Below are positions 34,926 through 45,050 of a DNA stretch of 64,000 nucleotides, in pieces. Location of the stretch: assembly GCA_963841435.1 (NCBI GenBank), contig CAWJCS010000005.1, positions 1,280,001 through 1,344,000 on the forward strand, given 5' to 3'. The first letter of the stretch is position 1; every line of letters starts with the position of its first letter. The translations under genes were made by a program, and so were the position numbers. The notes beneath the pieces were generated by a model. It saw nothing but the letters and a program-made list of their open reading frames with translations, was not told where the DNA came from and made no database searches. The stretch is from an uncultured delta proteobacterium. GTDB taxonomy: Bacteria > Myxococcota_A > Polyangia > Polyangiales > Polyangiaceae.

Positions 34926-34975
34926 TTCGCCATCGCCACCCCCCGCCATCCGTGCGATACCACGGTGTGCGTCGG

Positions 34976-35398
34976 ATGCCTCGCCCGTGGTTGCTGGCGC
35001 TCGCGCTCGTCCTTTCGGCGTGCGCGAGCAGCCGCGGCACCGAGCCGGTGCCCAACGATCGGGCGCGAGCCGACGATCGCTTGCAGGGCGAGTGGGTGCT
35101 GATGTCGTTCCAGCCAGCCATGGCGGTCGAGCCGATGCTCGCCTCGTTGCTGGCGGCGCAGATGGGCAAGCTCACGGTGACGTTCCGCGCGGGCGCCATG
35201 GGGGTGTCGGGTGTCGGGGTTGCAGGCGATCGGACTTACCGGGTCATCCAGGCGACGGAAGACGGTTTTTCAGGCGTCGTGACCGACCCCGAAGGAGTGG
35301 CATACCGAGTCACGGGGGGATTCGAAGGTCTCGACTTGCGCTTCGCGTCGGAAACCGACCCCTGGCGGGGAACCGGGCGATTGCACCGGGTGCGTTGA
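34976..35398 (+). CDS. Small hypothetical lipoprotein (lipocalin-like pattern)
   Basis: MPRPWLLALALVLSAC lipobox; 'LQGEWVL' motif. Confidence 0.7.
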   Translation: MPRPWLLALALVLSACASSRGTEPVPNDRARADDRLQGEWVLMSFQPAMAVEPMLASLLAAQMGKLTVTFRAGAMGVSGVGVAGDRTYRVIQATEDGFSGVVTDPEGVAYRVTGGFEGLDLRFASETDPWRGTGRLHRVR

Positions 35399-35438
35399 CA
35401 CGCCGCCTGCGACACCTGACATTCGGGGGAGCGGACGC

Positions 35439-37976
35439 ATGAACGAGGCCCGCGCGCCCTCCTATCCGCCCGAAGGGTTCCGGTATGCCGTGAACCCGGC
35501 GGTCTACGACGAGGCGTTCACTCGGGAAGGCGTCCCTCGTTCCCATCACGCCGAGCTCTGGCGCGGTCTCGAAGCGCTGGGCACCGGAGAGCTCGGCAAG
35601 CGTTGGGAACAGGGGCGGCGTCTCGTCCGCGAGAACGGCGTCACCTACAACGTGTACGGGGACCCGCGCGGGATGGATCGGCCTTGGGTGCTCGACCCCA
35701 TCCCCTTGATGATCGGCGCCACGGAGTGGGCGAAGCTCGCGAGCGGCCTCGATCAGCGCGCGCGTGCGCTCGATGCCTTGCTTGCCGACCTCTACGGCCC
35801 CGCGCGCGTGCTCAGCGAGGGGCTCCTGCCGCCCGAGCTCGTGCTCGGATGTCCCGGTTTTTTGCGCCCACTCGTGGGTGCGACACCGACGGGCGGCGTG
35901 CACCTGCACCTTTACGCCGCTGACCTCGCACGCTCGCCCGACGGCACCTTCTGGGTGCTCGGTGATCGCACGCAGGCGCCCTCGGGAGCCGGCTATGCGC
36001 TCGAGAACCGCATCGTCGTGTCGCGGCTCTTGCCGCAGCTTTTCCGTGATTGCCGCGTCGAGCGCCTCGCCCCGTTCTTCAGCGCTTTGCGCGAATCCCT
36101 GGCGAATCTCGCGCCTCGCTCGCGCGAGCAGCCGCGCGTCGTGCTGCTGACGCCGGGCGCCTACAACGAAACGTACTTCGAGCACGCCTACCTCGCGCGT
36201 TACCTCGGCTACTCGCTCGTCGAGGGCGCGGATCTCACCGTGCGTGATCATACGGTGTATCTGAAGACGCTCGGTGGGCTCGAGCGCGTCGACGTCATCC
36301 TCAGGCGTATCGACGACGGCTTTTGCGATCCACTGAGTTTGCGCAGCGACTCGACGCTCGGCATCGCGGGCCTCGTGCGCGCCGTGCGGCACGGCAACGT
36401 CACCGTCGCGAACTCCCTCGGCAGCGGGCTCGTCGAATCGCCCGCCCTGCTGGCGTTCTTGCCGGCACTCTGCCAGTTCTTGCTCGACGAGCCGCTCGCC
36501 GTTCCGTCGGTCGCCACGTGGTGGTGCGGCGAGCAGCCGGCGCTCGACTACGTCATCGATCATCTGCCGGAGCTCGTCATCAAGCCGGCCTTCTTCGGGC
36601 CCTCCGCGCCGGAGCCCGTGTTCGGCGGCTCGCTCTCGACGGCGGAGCGAGCCGAGCTCGGCAAGCGCATCCGGGCTCGGCCGGGCGCTTTCGTGGGGCA
36701 GGAGCAGGTGGCGCTATCGACGGCACCGGTGTGGGCCGGCGAGGCCGTTCAGCCTCGGCACGTGTCGCTGCGCGCGTTCCTGGCGCTCGGCCCGAGCGGC
36801 TACGTCGCACTGCCGGGCGCCCTCACGCGCGTTTCGAGCTCGCGCAACTCGCTCGTGGTTTCGATGCAGCGCGGCGGCGGCAGCAAGGATACCTGGGTGC
36901 TGTCGAGCGGGCTGCCGAGCTCGCTGTCGCTCTTGCGTCCGCAGGGGGGTCGCGTCGCCATCGTGCGCAGCCGCGCCGATCTGCCGAGCCGCGTCGCCGA
37001 CAACATGTTCTGGCTCGGGCGCTACACCGAGCGCGCCGAAGGCACCGCGCGCCTGCTCCGCAGCGTCATTGCTCGGCTCACGGACGACGCGCTCGGCGGG
37101 CGCAGCCGCGAGCTAGAAGTGCTCATCAGCGCGCTCGAGAGCGGCACCGAGCTCCCCCCGGGCACGCTCACGGGCGGAGGCGCGCGGCTCGAGCGGCGCC
37201 TCTTCGAGCTGCTCGTCGCACCCACCCCGCCGCGCACGCTACGCGCAAGCATCGAGTCGGCGTTCCGCGCCGGGTCCCTCGCCCGCGACCGCCTCTCCTC
37301 GGACACCTGGCGCACCCTCGCGCAGCTGCACGAGCAGGTGCTCGAGTTCGAGCTGCGCCAGCGTCTGGAGCTCGGCGACGCGCTGGAGGCGCTCAATCGG
37401 CTCGTGCTCGGCTTCGCCGCCTTCAGCGGCCTCGTCATGGAAAACATGACGCACAACCCCGGCTGGAGCTTCGCGGACATCGGGCGGCGCATCGAACGCG
37501 CGATGCTCATCGCCCACCTGGTGCGCGCAACCCTCGTCGAGAGCAGCGACGAGACCACGTTCGACGGGCTCCTCGAGGTCGCCGACAGCACCATCACGTA
37601 CCGAGCGCGCTACCGCGGCCTCGTCGCCCTCGAGCCCGTGCTCGACCTCGTGCTCACCGACGAGACCAACCCCCGCTCGGTGGCCTACCAGCTCGTCGCG
37701 ATCGACGAGCACCTGAAGACGCTGCCAGGAACGGAGCGCGGCGCCGGCCTCACGCCGAGCGCGCGCACGGCACTGCGCGACCTCTCCTCCATCCGCCTCG
37801 CCGACCTCTCGACGCTCTCGCGCACCGGTCCCGACGGCAAACGGGAACGTCTCGACGAGCTCTGTGCCGCGCTCGAGAGCGACCTGCCGCTGCTCGCCGA
37901 CCAGCTCACGTTGGCGTACCTCGCCCACGCCGAGCCGTCCATCTCGCTCGGCAGCCTCGAAGAGCGCGCGGTCTAG
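35439..37976 (+). CDS. Circularly permuted type 2 ATP-grasp fused to alpha-E domain (DUF407-DUF403)
   Basis: NGVTYN, LDPIP, DRTQAPSGAGY, YFEHAYLA, RRIDD..DPL, GGGSKDTWV, then SRVADNMFWLGRYTERAE, GRRIER, NPRS. Confidence 0.93.
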   Translation: MNEARAPSYPPEGFRYAVNPAVYDEAFTREGVPRSHHAELWRGLEALGTGELGKRWEQGRRLVRENGVTYNVYGDPRGMDRPWVLDPIPLMIGATEWAKLASGLDQRARALDALLADLYGPARVLSEGLLPPELVLGCPGFLRPLVGATPTGGVHLHLYAADLARSPDGTFWVLGDRTQAPSGAGYALENRIVVSRLLPQLFRDCRVERLAPFFSALRESLANLAPRSREQPRVVLLTPGAYNETYFEHAYLARYLGYSLVEGADLTVRDHTVYLKTLGGLERVDVILRRIDDGFCDPLSLRSDSTLGIAGLVRAVRHGNVTVANSLGSGLVESPALLAFLPALCQFLLDEPLAVPSVATWWCGEQPALDYVIDHLPELVIKPAFFGPSAPEPVFGGSLSTAERAELGKRIRARPGAFVGQEQVALSTAPVWAGEAVQPRHVSLRAFLALGPSGYVALPGALTRVSSSRNSLVVSMQRGGGSKDTWVLSSGLPSSLSLLRPQGGRVAIVRSRADLPSRVADNMFWLGRYTERAEGTARLLRSVIARLTDDALGGRSRELEVLISALESGTELPPGTLTGGGARLERRLFELLVAPTPPRTLRASIESAFRAGSLARDRLSSDTWRTLAQLHEQVLEFELRQRLELGDALEALNRLVLGFAAFSGLVMENMTHNPGWSFADIGRRIERAMLIAHLVRATLVESSDETTFDGLLEVADSTITYRARYRGLVALEPVLDLVLTDETNPRSVAYQLVAIDEHLKTLPGTERGAGLTPSARTALRDLSSIRLADLSTLSRTGPDGKRERLDELCAALESDLPLLADQLTLAYLAHAEPSISLGSLEERAV

Positions 37977-38028
37977 TCCGCACCGCGCTGCGAGCGCGAG
38001 CGGACGTCGTGGCGTGCAGCGCTGGACC

Positions 38029-39672
38029 CTACTTGCGTTCGGCAAACCAGATCCCGGCGGACGAACCGTGCGACACCGTGTAGAGCAGGCCTTCGGAGCT
38101 TTGCAAGAAGCTCGCGACGCCCTCGTTCACGAACCCCGTGAAACCGAGCTCGTAGTTGTAGTACTCGAGCCTGCCCGTTTCGGCGCCGTGCTCGTTCGCG
38201 ATCCACGCAATGCCGGGCAGCGTGTTGTCGATGAAACCGTGCCGAGGGTGGAGCGCGTGCATCGTCAGCACGCGACCGGGTTGCGCTCGATCGTCGAGTA
38301 GAGTGAGCGTGCCGCGGACGCCGTCGTAGTGGTCGAAGGTGACGCCGTGTCGAAGCTGGCCGTCGGCGTACCGGTATTGCGACGTCGGGACGCGCTCGAG
38401 CTCCGTCGCTGCGGAGCCGGCGACGAGCACCTGGAAATCGCCGACGACACCGTCGAAATTCGCAAGAAAGCCGGGCCCCGGGCTCGAGCGCCACACCCTT
38501 TGTGCGAGCAAGGTCGTCTCGCCGTGCGCCTCGCGACGCACGAAGTTACCCGTGTCGCTCTCGACATCGACGAGGGCGCGTACGTCGCCCTCGTCGTTTT
38601 CGAGATGGGCCCATTCGAGCGCCGCCCGCCGGCCCACCTCCACCTCTTCACCGTCCGGATCGCGGACCAAGAGCGTTCCGAGCGCCTCGTCCGCGTCGAC
38701 GTCTCTCAGGTACAGAAGCCACCACTTCGGTGGATCGACGAACGTGCGAATATTGAGGAAGCGCGGGTTGACGTCCGTTCCGAGCTCGAACACCCGCTCG
38801 GTGCCTTCCGTCCAGAGCTTGTCGTGCCCCGAGCCGCACGGATCCTCGTAGACGACGAGGAACGGCTGGCTCTGCGGAATGCCGAACCGACATCCAGCGG
38901 GAGCGATGTTGACGACCGAGCCGGTGGGCGTCGCCCGGTGAATGCCGTGGTCGTCCTCGAAAAACAGGGTGTCCAGCGACGCCGTGAGGCCCGCACGCTT
39001 CACCCCGTCCCCCAGCGTCGCGAGGTGTGACCCGTCCTTCGCAAAGAGCTCGAGCTTGCCGGATGCAACCACCGCCCAAGAGCCCTGGGCCGGCCGCAAC
39101 ACGAACGAGACGTTGTGACCCAACACGGCCGTGGTGCCCCGGGCCACGGCGACACGCAACAGATCGCCACCCGCGAACACGACGAGGTCGCCACCAGAAA
39201 ACGAGCCGATCGGCAGCGAGGCGTCGGGGATCGCGAGCTCGAACGTCTCGCACCGCGGGTCCGCGAAGCGCAGTGTGCCGCGCGGCCCCGGGCCGTCGAG
39301 GTACGCGAGCATGGGCTCGCCGGGCGCCGCAAACTGGATCTTGGAGTACGTGCCGACGTTCGGCACGCGACAGAGGTCGCCGTCCGTGTAGCCGAGCACG
39401 GTGAGCGAGGCGTCGCCCGGCGTTGCCGAGCGAGCCAGAAGGGAGAGCCTCGCCGCGATGACGGCGTCGCCGTCGCCGGCGATGAAGTCGAGCTCGCCGT
39501 ATTCGCCGGTCGCCAGGCGCGCGCCGGGCGCGTTCAGGTACGTGCCGGTCGAGGGGAGGATCGTCTCGCGCGCCTGGTCGAGCCCACTTAGGATGTCACA
39601 ACCCATGGCGAAAACGGCGAGCAAGCAGCCGCCGAACCCCCACGACGACGAAGGACGGGCCCGCGCGCGCAT
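38029..39672 (-). CDS. Hypothetical lipoprotein, beta-propeller-like
   Basis: Lipobox AMGC, many short beta strands; TGATG-coupled to upstream gene. Confidence 0.7.
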   Translation of the reverse strand: MRARARPSSSWGFGGCLLAVFAMGCDILSGLDQARETILPSTGTYLNAPGARLATGEYGELDFIAGDGDAVIAARLSLLARSATPGDASLTVLGYTDGDLCRVPNVGTYSKIQFAAPGEPMLAYLDGPGPRGTLRFADPRCETFELAIPDASLPIGSFSGGDLVVFAGGDLLRVAVARGTTAVLGHNVSFVLRPAQGSWAVVASGKLELFAKDGSHLATLGDGVKRAGLTASLDTLFFEDDHGIHRATPTGSVVNIAPAGCRFGIPQSQPFLVVYEDPCGSGHDKLWTEGTERVFELGTDVNPRFLNIRTFVDPPKWWLLYLRDVDADEALGTLLVRDPDGEEVEVGRRAALEWAHLENDEGDVRALVDVESDTGNFVRREAHGETTLLAQRVWRSSPGPGFLANFDGVVGDFQVLVAGSAATELERVPTSQYRYADGQLRHGVTFDHYDGVRGTLTLLDDRAQPGRVLTMHALHPRHGFIDNTLPGIAWIANEHGAETGRLEYYNYELGFTGFVNEGVASFLQSSEGLLYTVSHGSSAGIWFAERK

Positions 39673-40898
39673 CAGCCCACGATCCGCGAAACGGTCCAGA
39701 GCACGCCGAAGAGCGCAACGCCGAACGATCCCAACCGACGGACCCTGGGCTCGAGCCCGGCCCGCTTCGCGGCGAGCGCGAGCAGGGCGAGAGCGAGCAC
39801 CACCACGGCAAGCTGACCGAGCTCCACGCCCAGGTTGAACGAAAGGAGGGCGAGCAAGAACGACCCCGCGGGCAGCCCGGTCTCCGCGAGGGCGCCCGCG
39901 AACCCCTGCCCGTGAATCAGCCCGAAGGCGAGCACCACGAACGGGCGATAGCGCTCCCTACCCTCGGCAACGAGGTTCTCCACGCCGATGAACGCGATCG
40001 AGAGCGCGATGAGCGGCTCGACCACGCGGCTCGGCACGACGACCCAGCCGAGTGCTCCCAAACCAAGCGTCAGGGTATGAGCGAGCGTGAACAAGCTCAA
40101 GAGCAACAGGAGCCGCCTCGGGCGCAGGCCCGCGCCGAGCACGAGCCCGACCACGAACAGCACGTGATCGAAGCCGTTCGGTAGGATGTGGGTGATCCCG
40201 AGCGTCAGGTACCTGACGAACGTGCGCCCGGCGCTTTCCTCCGCGAAGCCGGTGGCCGGCGTGGCAGCGTTCGGCGGCGGGGGCCTCGGCATAGGCCCGG
40301 CACGTGACGCACTCGGCTCGGCGGGGGGCGACGCGCGACGGCGACCGGGGAGTGACAGCTCACCCGGGGGCACGGAGCGCCAGGCCACGTCGGCGGGCTC
40401 GTCGCCGAAGCGATAGGGCACGGTCCATTCGCCGCCGAGCACGAGCGTGCTGAGCGGCCCCGCGCTCGGGCCGCGATCGGCGCGCTCCACCGCCACGGCG
40501 AGCGCGCGAAACGGCTTGCCGGCGAACACGCGAAGCTCGCGCGGGTGCGGGGGCAGCGCCGCGTCGAGCATCACGGTGTCGCCGAGCGTGGCGCCGGCCG
40601 GGACCCAGAGCTCGCGCAGCTTGCGCCGGAGCCGGAGCGGCTGACCGTCGACCTCGACCACCAGGTTCCTCTCGAGGAAGGCGAGCACTCTCGGCTCGAG
40701 CAGGTCGCGGCGCACGGGGTCGCTCGGGTTGCGCGTGAGGGCCGGATCGAACGTGACCTGACCACGCAGCGTGCCGCGGGCCGGATCCGGCCGCAACGTC
40801 ACCTGGTCGATCTCGAGATCGTGCGCTCGTGCGCGACCGAGGACCGAAAGCACGAGCGCCGCGAGCAAAAGGGCGGCGCGTAGCGGCGCGGCGCTCAT
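39672..40898 (-). CDS. HupE/UreJ family protein with periplasmic N-terminal domain
   Basis: Signal peptide ARA-H; 'LGITHILPNGFDHVLF', 'FTLAHTLTL', 'VEPLIALSI', 'FGLIHGQGFA', 'FNLGVELGQ'. Confidence 0.88.
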   Translation of the reverse strand: MSAAPLRAALLLAALVLSVLGRARAHDLEIDQVTLRPDPARGTLRGQVTFDPALTRNPSDPVRRDLLEPRVLAFLERNLVVEVDGQPLRLRRKLRELWVPAGATLGDTVMLDAALPPHPRELRVFAGKPFRALAVAVERADRGPSAGPLSTLVLGGEWTVPYRFGDEPADVAWRSVPPGELSLPGRRRASPPAEPSASRAGPMPRPPPPNAATPATGFAEESAGRTFVRYLTLGITHILPNGFDHVLFVVGLVLGAGLRPRRLLLLLSLFTLAHTLTLGLGALGWVVVPSRVVEPLIALSIAFIGVENLVAEGRERYRPFVVLAFGLIHGQGFAGALAETGLPAGSFLLALLSFNLGVELGQLAVVVLALALLALAAKRAGLEPRVRRLGSFGVALFGVLWTVSRIVG

Positions 40899-41551
40899 CT
40901 TCTGGCGCGCTCCGCCGCGAGGGCGACCGACGCGATCCACGCCATGAACAACAGCGCCGTCACCTTCTGCAAGGCGGGCAACCAAGGGACGCAGGCCGCC
41001 GACGCCGCGACGGCCCACGCGTAGCCGGCAGCATTGCTCGCTCCTGCGATGACCCCGGAGGCTCCGAGCAGCCCGAGCAAGCGGTGCGAGCGTGCGAACA
41101 GGCCAGCGACGAAAGCGAGCGCCGCGGCGAGACCGGGTAAGGTCGCGATGAAAACGAGCGCGACGTGCAGAGACGGCGCGAGCGCGGACGGTGCCCAAGC
41201 GATGAGGTTGGTCGCCCCCGCGGAGACGAGGCCGAGGCCTCGCACCCAGGAGCCGATGCGCCGACTCGAAAGCCCGCCGGCGAGCCACCAGAAGGGCGCC
41301 GTCGCGGCGGAGAAACAGGCGAAGGCAAGGCGTGCGTAGGCCGCGCTGAGCGCGTTGTCCGCGCCGCGCCGCGTGACACGTGCCGTGAGGTCGCAGAAGA
41401 AGTTCCCCCAGAACCGATGACCGACCGCACCCGGCTCGCAGTAGGTCCCGCCGGGGTACGCGCGTGCGGCCAGCGCCATGAAAAGGACGAACAGCGCGAG
41501 GGTGAGAAGCGAAAGCGCGGCGAGAGCCCGGGAAAATCGCGCGCTTGCCAT
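40895..41551 (-). CDS. Multi-pass membrane protein (DUF998-like)
   Basis: 'YPGG..FWGNFFCDL' motif and 5-6 hydrophobic segments; ATGA-coupled to the next gene. Confidence 0.7.
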   Translation of the reverse strand: MASARFSRALAALSLLTLALFVLFMALAARAYPGGTYCEPGAVGHRFWGNFFCDLTARVTRRGADNALSAAYARLAFACFSAATAPFWWLAGGLSSRRIGSWVRGLGLVSAGATNLIAWAPSALAPSLHVALVFIATLPGLAAALAFVAGLFARSHRLLGLLGASGVIAGASNAAGYAWAVAASAACVPWLPALQKVTALLFMAWIASVALAAERARR

Positions 41552-41568
41552 GCTACGCTCGCCCTCGG

Positions 41569-42438
41569 ATGTACCGCATCACGCACCTGACCAGCTACGA
41601 GTACTCGGACGCCGTGTCGATCTGCCACAACGAAGCACGCCTCACTCCGCGAACCACCGAGCACCAGCAGGTCATCCGCAGCCAACTGTTGGTCGAGCCC
41701 GCCGTCGCCATGCTCGACCAGGATATCGACTACTTCGGCAACGTGGTGCATTGGTTCTCGCTGCAGGAGGCGCACTCGCACCTGTCGGTAACGGCGGTGA
41801 GCGAGGTCGACGTGTCCCCGTTCCAGGCGCCCGCGGCCGGCCTTTCGGGAGCCTGGGAGGTCACGCGCGACCACGTGCACGAGGATCGCAGCCCCGAATC
41901 CCTCGCCGCCTACGAGCTTACCTTCGAATCACCCCACGTGCGCTTCGATGCCGACCTCATCGCATACGCCAAAGTCTCGTTTTTGCCGGGGCGCCCCTTG
42001 CTCGAGGCGGCGCTCGACCTGACGCGCCGGATCCACGCCGAATTCCAGTACCAGCCGGGCTCCACCACGGTCGCGACGCCGCTCCGCGAGGTGCTGCGTG
42101 CGCGCCGCGGCGTCTGTCAGGACTTTGCGCACCTACAAATTGCCATGCTCCGTTCGCTGGGGCTCCCGGCCCGATACGTCTCCGGGTACGTGTTCAACCA
42201 GCCCCGTGCGGGCCAGCCGCGCCTCACGGGCGCCGATGCCTCGCATGCGTGGCTCGGCGTCTACGTGCCGAGCTTCGGCTACGTCGACTTCGACCCGACC
42301 AACGGCGTGATCCCTTCCGACGAGCACGTGACGGTGGCCTGGGGCCGCGACTTCAGCGACGCGAGCCCGCTCAAGGGCGTCATCCTCGGCGGCGGCGACC
42401 ACGTGCTGAAGGTCGCCGTGGACGTCTCCGAGGCCTGA
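41569..42438 (+). CDS. Transglutaminase family protein
   Basis: YRITHLTSYEY, DYFGN, GVCQDFAH, RYVSGY, SHAW, FDPTN, GRDFSD. Confidence 0.93.
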   Translation: MYRITHLTSYEYSDAVSICHNEARLTPRTTEHQQVIRSQLLVEPAVAMLDQDIDYFGNVVHWFSLQEAHSHLSVTAVSEVDVSPFQAPAAGLSGAWEVTRDHVHEDRSPESLAAYELTFESPHVRFDADLIAYAKVSFLPGRPLLEAALDLTRRIHAEFQYQPGSTTVATPLREVLRARRGVCQDFAHLQIAMLRSLGLPARYVSGYVFNQPRAGQPRLTGADASHAWLGVYVPSFGYVDFDPTNGVIPSDEHVTVAWGRDFSDASPLKGVILGGGDHVLKVAVDVSEA

Positions 42439-42470
42439 GGCGCTAAGCGGCGCGGGCAAGCGTCGGGCGC

Positions 42471-43529
42471 TCAGGGTCTGGAGCTCGGCTCGAGCGCGAA
42501 GCAGTAGAGCGAGCCGCGGCCACCGCCCGACGTGACCGTGCCGGACTCGTAGTTCATCGAGGTGGCGGGTGCGCAGCCCACCGTGTGCGCGGCGTTGAAA
42601 TACGGCGGACGGCCGCCGCCCGTACGGTTCGAATGCCCGACCTGCGCGATGTCGCTCGCAGAGTCCGACGTCCAGTCGTTGCACGTCGCGGTCGGCTCGA
42701 CCGTGCCGTTGACCTTCGAGCCCGTGAGGATGTCGTGGACGCTGTTTTCGAGCGGGGCGCCCGTTTCGTCGAGGGCAATCGAGGTGTCGCCGGGCGGCCA
42801 CGTGTCGTCGAGCGCCTCGCCCGCCTCCTGGGCGTGGAGATCGTCGAGATTGTTCGCGATGACCACGCCGGCCTGGTTCCGCCAGGGACCTTCGCCGATG
42901 CGATCGCGTGCATCGACGCTCGAGGTGCTGAGGTACGCGCGCCAGGTCTTTTGGCCGAGCGTGGCGGACACCGCCGTTGCAAGCTCGGTGCAGAACGCGT
43001 CCGCAGCATCGAGCGAATCGATCTTGCCACCGCCGGGCCAGCCCTTGCTCGTGACGAAGAAGTTCATGCCGGGCTGGGGCGTCACGGCACCGCCGCTGCC
43101 GCTCGAGCCGGCGCTGCCGCTCGAGCCCGCGCTGCCGGCGTCGCCGGATGTGCCACCGCTTCCCGACGAGCCCGCGTCACCAGCCGCGCTTCCCCCCATG
43201 CCGCTTCCCGCCGAGCCGCCGTCCGCGCCGGCGCCACCGCCGCCGGATGCGCCTGCGCCCGACGCTGCACCCGCGCCGTCACCGCTCGTACCGCCTGCGC
43301 CGCCACCCGCGCTGCTGCCGGCGCTGCCTCCCACGCTCGCACCGCTGGATCCGCCCGCGCCGGCCCCTCCTGCCCCCGCACCGCTGCCGCCGCTGCCCGC
43401 GCCGCCGCCCACGGTCGAGCCCCCGGTGCCCGAGCTGCCGGCCGTCGAGCCCCCCGCACCGTCATCGGTCGAACAACCCCACGCGAGGGCCGCACACGAC
43501 AAGAGCCAAGCTGACGAGACGTGCTTCAT
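42471..43529 (-). CDS. Gly/Ser-linker lipoprotein with endostatin/C-type-lectin-like domain
   Basis: Lipobox AWGC, long Gly/Ser linker, 'FFVTS..ADAFC..LA..WRAYLS..ARDRIG.GPW..HDILTGS..CNDWTS..LYCFA'. Confidence 0.8.
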   Translation of the reverse strand: MKHVSSAWLLSCAALAWGCSTDDGAGGSTAGSSGTGGSTVGGGAGSGGSGAGAGGAGAGGSSGASVGGSAGSSAGGGAGGTSGDGAGAASGAGASGGGGAGADGGSAGSGMGGSAAGDAGSSGSGGTSGDAGSAGSSGSAGSSGSGGAVTPQPGMNFFVTSKGWPGGGKIDSLDAADAFCTELATAVSATLGQKTWRAYLSTSSVDARDRIGEGPWRNQAGVVIANNLDDLHAQEAGEALDDTWPPGDTSIALDETGAPLENSVHDILTGSKVNGTVEPTATCNDWTSDSASDIAQVGHSNRTGGGRPPYFNAAHTVGCAPATSMNYESGTVTSGGGRGSLYCFALEPSSRP

Positions 43530-43618
43530 GCTGACCTCACCTCGGGGATTCGGGTAGCGTTGGTCGCTCGGGAGTCCGTACCCTGTCTAGCAAACGATCA
43601 GGCTCTCGACGGGCGCCG

Positions 43619-44479
43619 ATGAAGAAAATCATTCTCGGCGAAAATCTGAGCGTGCTCGCGACGCTCCCGAAAGGCTTCGCCGAGCTCGTCTACATCGACC
43701 CGCCCTTCAACACGGGCAAGGAACAGGTGCGTGAGCGGCTGCGCGTCGTGGCCGACCCGGCCGCGCGACGCCGAGGCTTCGGCGACAAGACCTACCGCGT
43801 CGAGCGCGTTTCGAAGAGTGGGTACGCCGACTCGTTCGACGCCTACCTCGACTTTCTCTTGCCGCGCATCGAGGCGAGCCTTCGCTGCCTCACGCCGCGA
43901 GGCAGCCTCTTCGTCCACCTCGACGCGCGCGAGGTGCACTACGTGAAGGTCGCGCTCGATCGCCTGCTGGGCCGCGACTCTTTCATGAACGAAATCGTCT
44001 GGGCCTACGACTACGGCGGTCGCTCGAAGCGCCGCTGGCCGGAAAAGCACGACACCATCCTCTGGTACGCCAAAAACCCCCGCGACTACGTCTTCGACTA
44101 CGACGCCATCGATCGCATTCCGTATCTCGCCCCGTCGCTCGTCGGCGCAGAGAAGGCGGCGCGCGGCAAGACCCCGACGGACGTCTGGTGGCAAACCATC
44201 GTCCCGACGAACGGTCGCGAGAAGACCGGCTACGCGACGCAGAAGCCACTCGCCATCCTCGAGCGCATCGTGCGCGTCCACTCGACGCCCGGCGCCACCG
44301 TGCTCGACTTCTTCGCGGGCAGCGGCACGACGGGCGAGGCCGCCGCACGCCATGGCCGCGGGTTCGTGCTGATCGACGAGAGCCACGAAGCGGCGCGCGT
44401 GATGGCGAAGCGCCTTGCTCCCCATGCGCCAGAGCACGTGGGGTTCGGCCTCGGCCGCGCGCGGCAGCGGGAACACTGA
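43619..44479 (+). CDS. N6-adenine/N4-cytosine DNA methyltransferase, class beta, orphan
   Basis: Motif IV YIDPPF precedes motif I LDFFAGSGTT; NEIVWAY, TQKP; no endonuclease adjacent. Confidence 0.92.
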   Translation: MKKIILGENLSVLATLPKGFAELVYIDPPFNTGKEQVRERLRVVADPAARRRGFGDKTYRVERVSKSGYADSFDAYLDFLLPRIEASLRCLTPRGSLFVHLDAREVHYVKVALDRLLGRDSFMNEIVWAYDYGGRSKRRWPEKHDTILWYAKNPRDYVFDYDAIDRIPYLAPSLVGAEKAARGKTPTDVWWQTIVPTNGREKTGYATQKPLAILERIVRVHSTPGATVLDFFAGSGTTGEAAARHGRGFVLIDESHEAARVMAKRLAPHAPEHVGFGLGRARQREH

Positions 44480-44527
44480 GCGCGGGCACCGGTGGGGAAC
44501 CGTGGAGGTGGGCCGTCGAAGCTCGGC

Positions 44528-44989
44528 TTAGGGGACGCCAGCGATCGTCACGACCGTCTTCACCGAATTCGAAATGAAGCACTCCTCGTGCGCCCGCGCG
44601 TGGAGCTCGTCGAGCTCGGCGCCGGTCGGTGGCGTGCCCTCGAACTCGATCTTGGGGTTCAGGCAGACCTCACTGACCCAGCGAACACCGCGCTCGTTCT
44701 TCGTCATGCTGCCGACAGCGCGGTCCTCGTAGCTTTTTACGACGAAGCCGCGACGCGATGCGAGGTGCAAGAAGGTCAGCAGGTGGCAGCTCGCAATCGA
44801 CGCCACGAACGCCTCCTCGGGATCCACGGCCGACGGATCCGTGAACGGCCGCGGCACGATGTGCGGCGATGCGGCAGCCCGCACGACGGCACCCCCGTCG
44901 AACTCCCAGCTGTGGCCACGCTGATAGTGGCCGCGCGTGAACGCCGCTCCCTCGAGTGTCCAACGGACCTCGGCAACGTGCTCGGACAT
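44528..44989 (-). CDS. OsmC/Ohr family protein
   Basis: 'DPEEAFVASIASCHLLTFL' and 'AHEECFISNSV'. Confidence 0.9.
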   Translation of the reverse strand: MSEHVAEVRWTLEGAAFTRGHYQRGHSWEFDGGAVVRAAASPHIVPRPFTDPSAVDPEEAFVASIASCHLLTFLHLASRRGFVVKSYEDRAVGSMTKNERGVRWVSEVCLNPKIEFEGTPPTGAELDELHARAHEECFISNSVKTVVTIAGVP

Positions 44990-45050
44990 GGCGGGCCAAG
45001 CGTGACGCGGCGCGACGGGGGACGCCAGGCACGCGTCACGAGCCGCCGAC

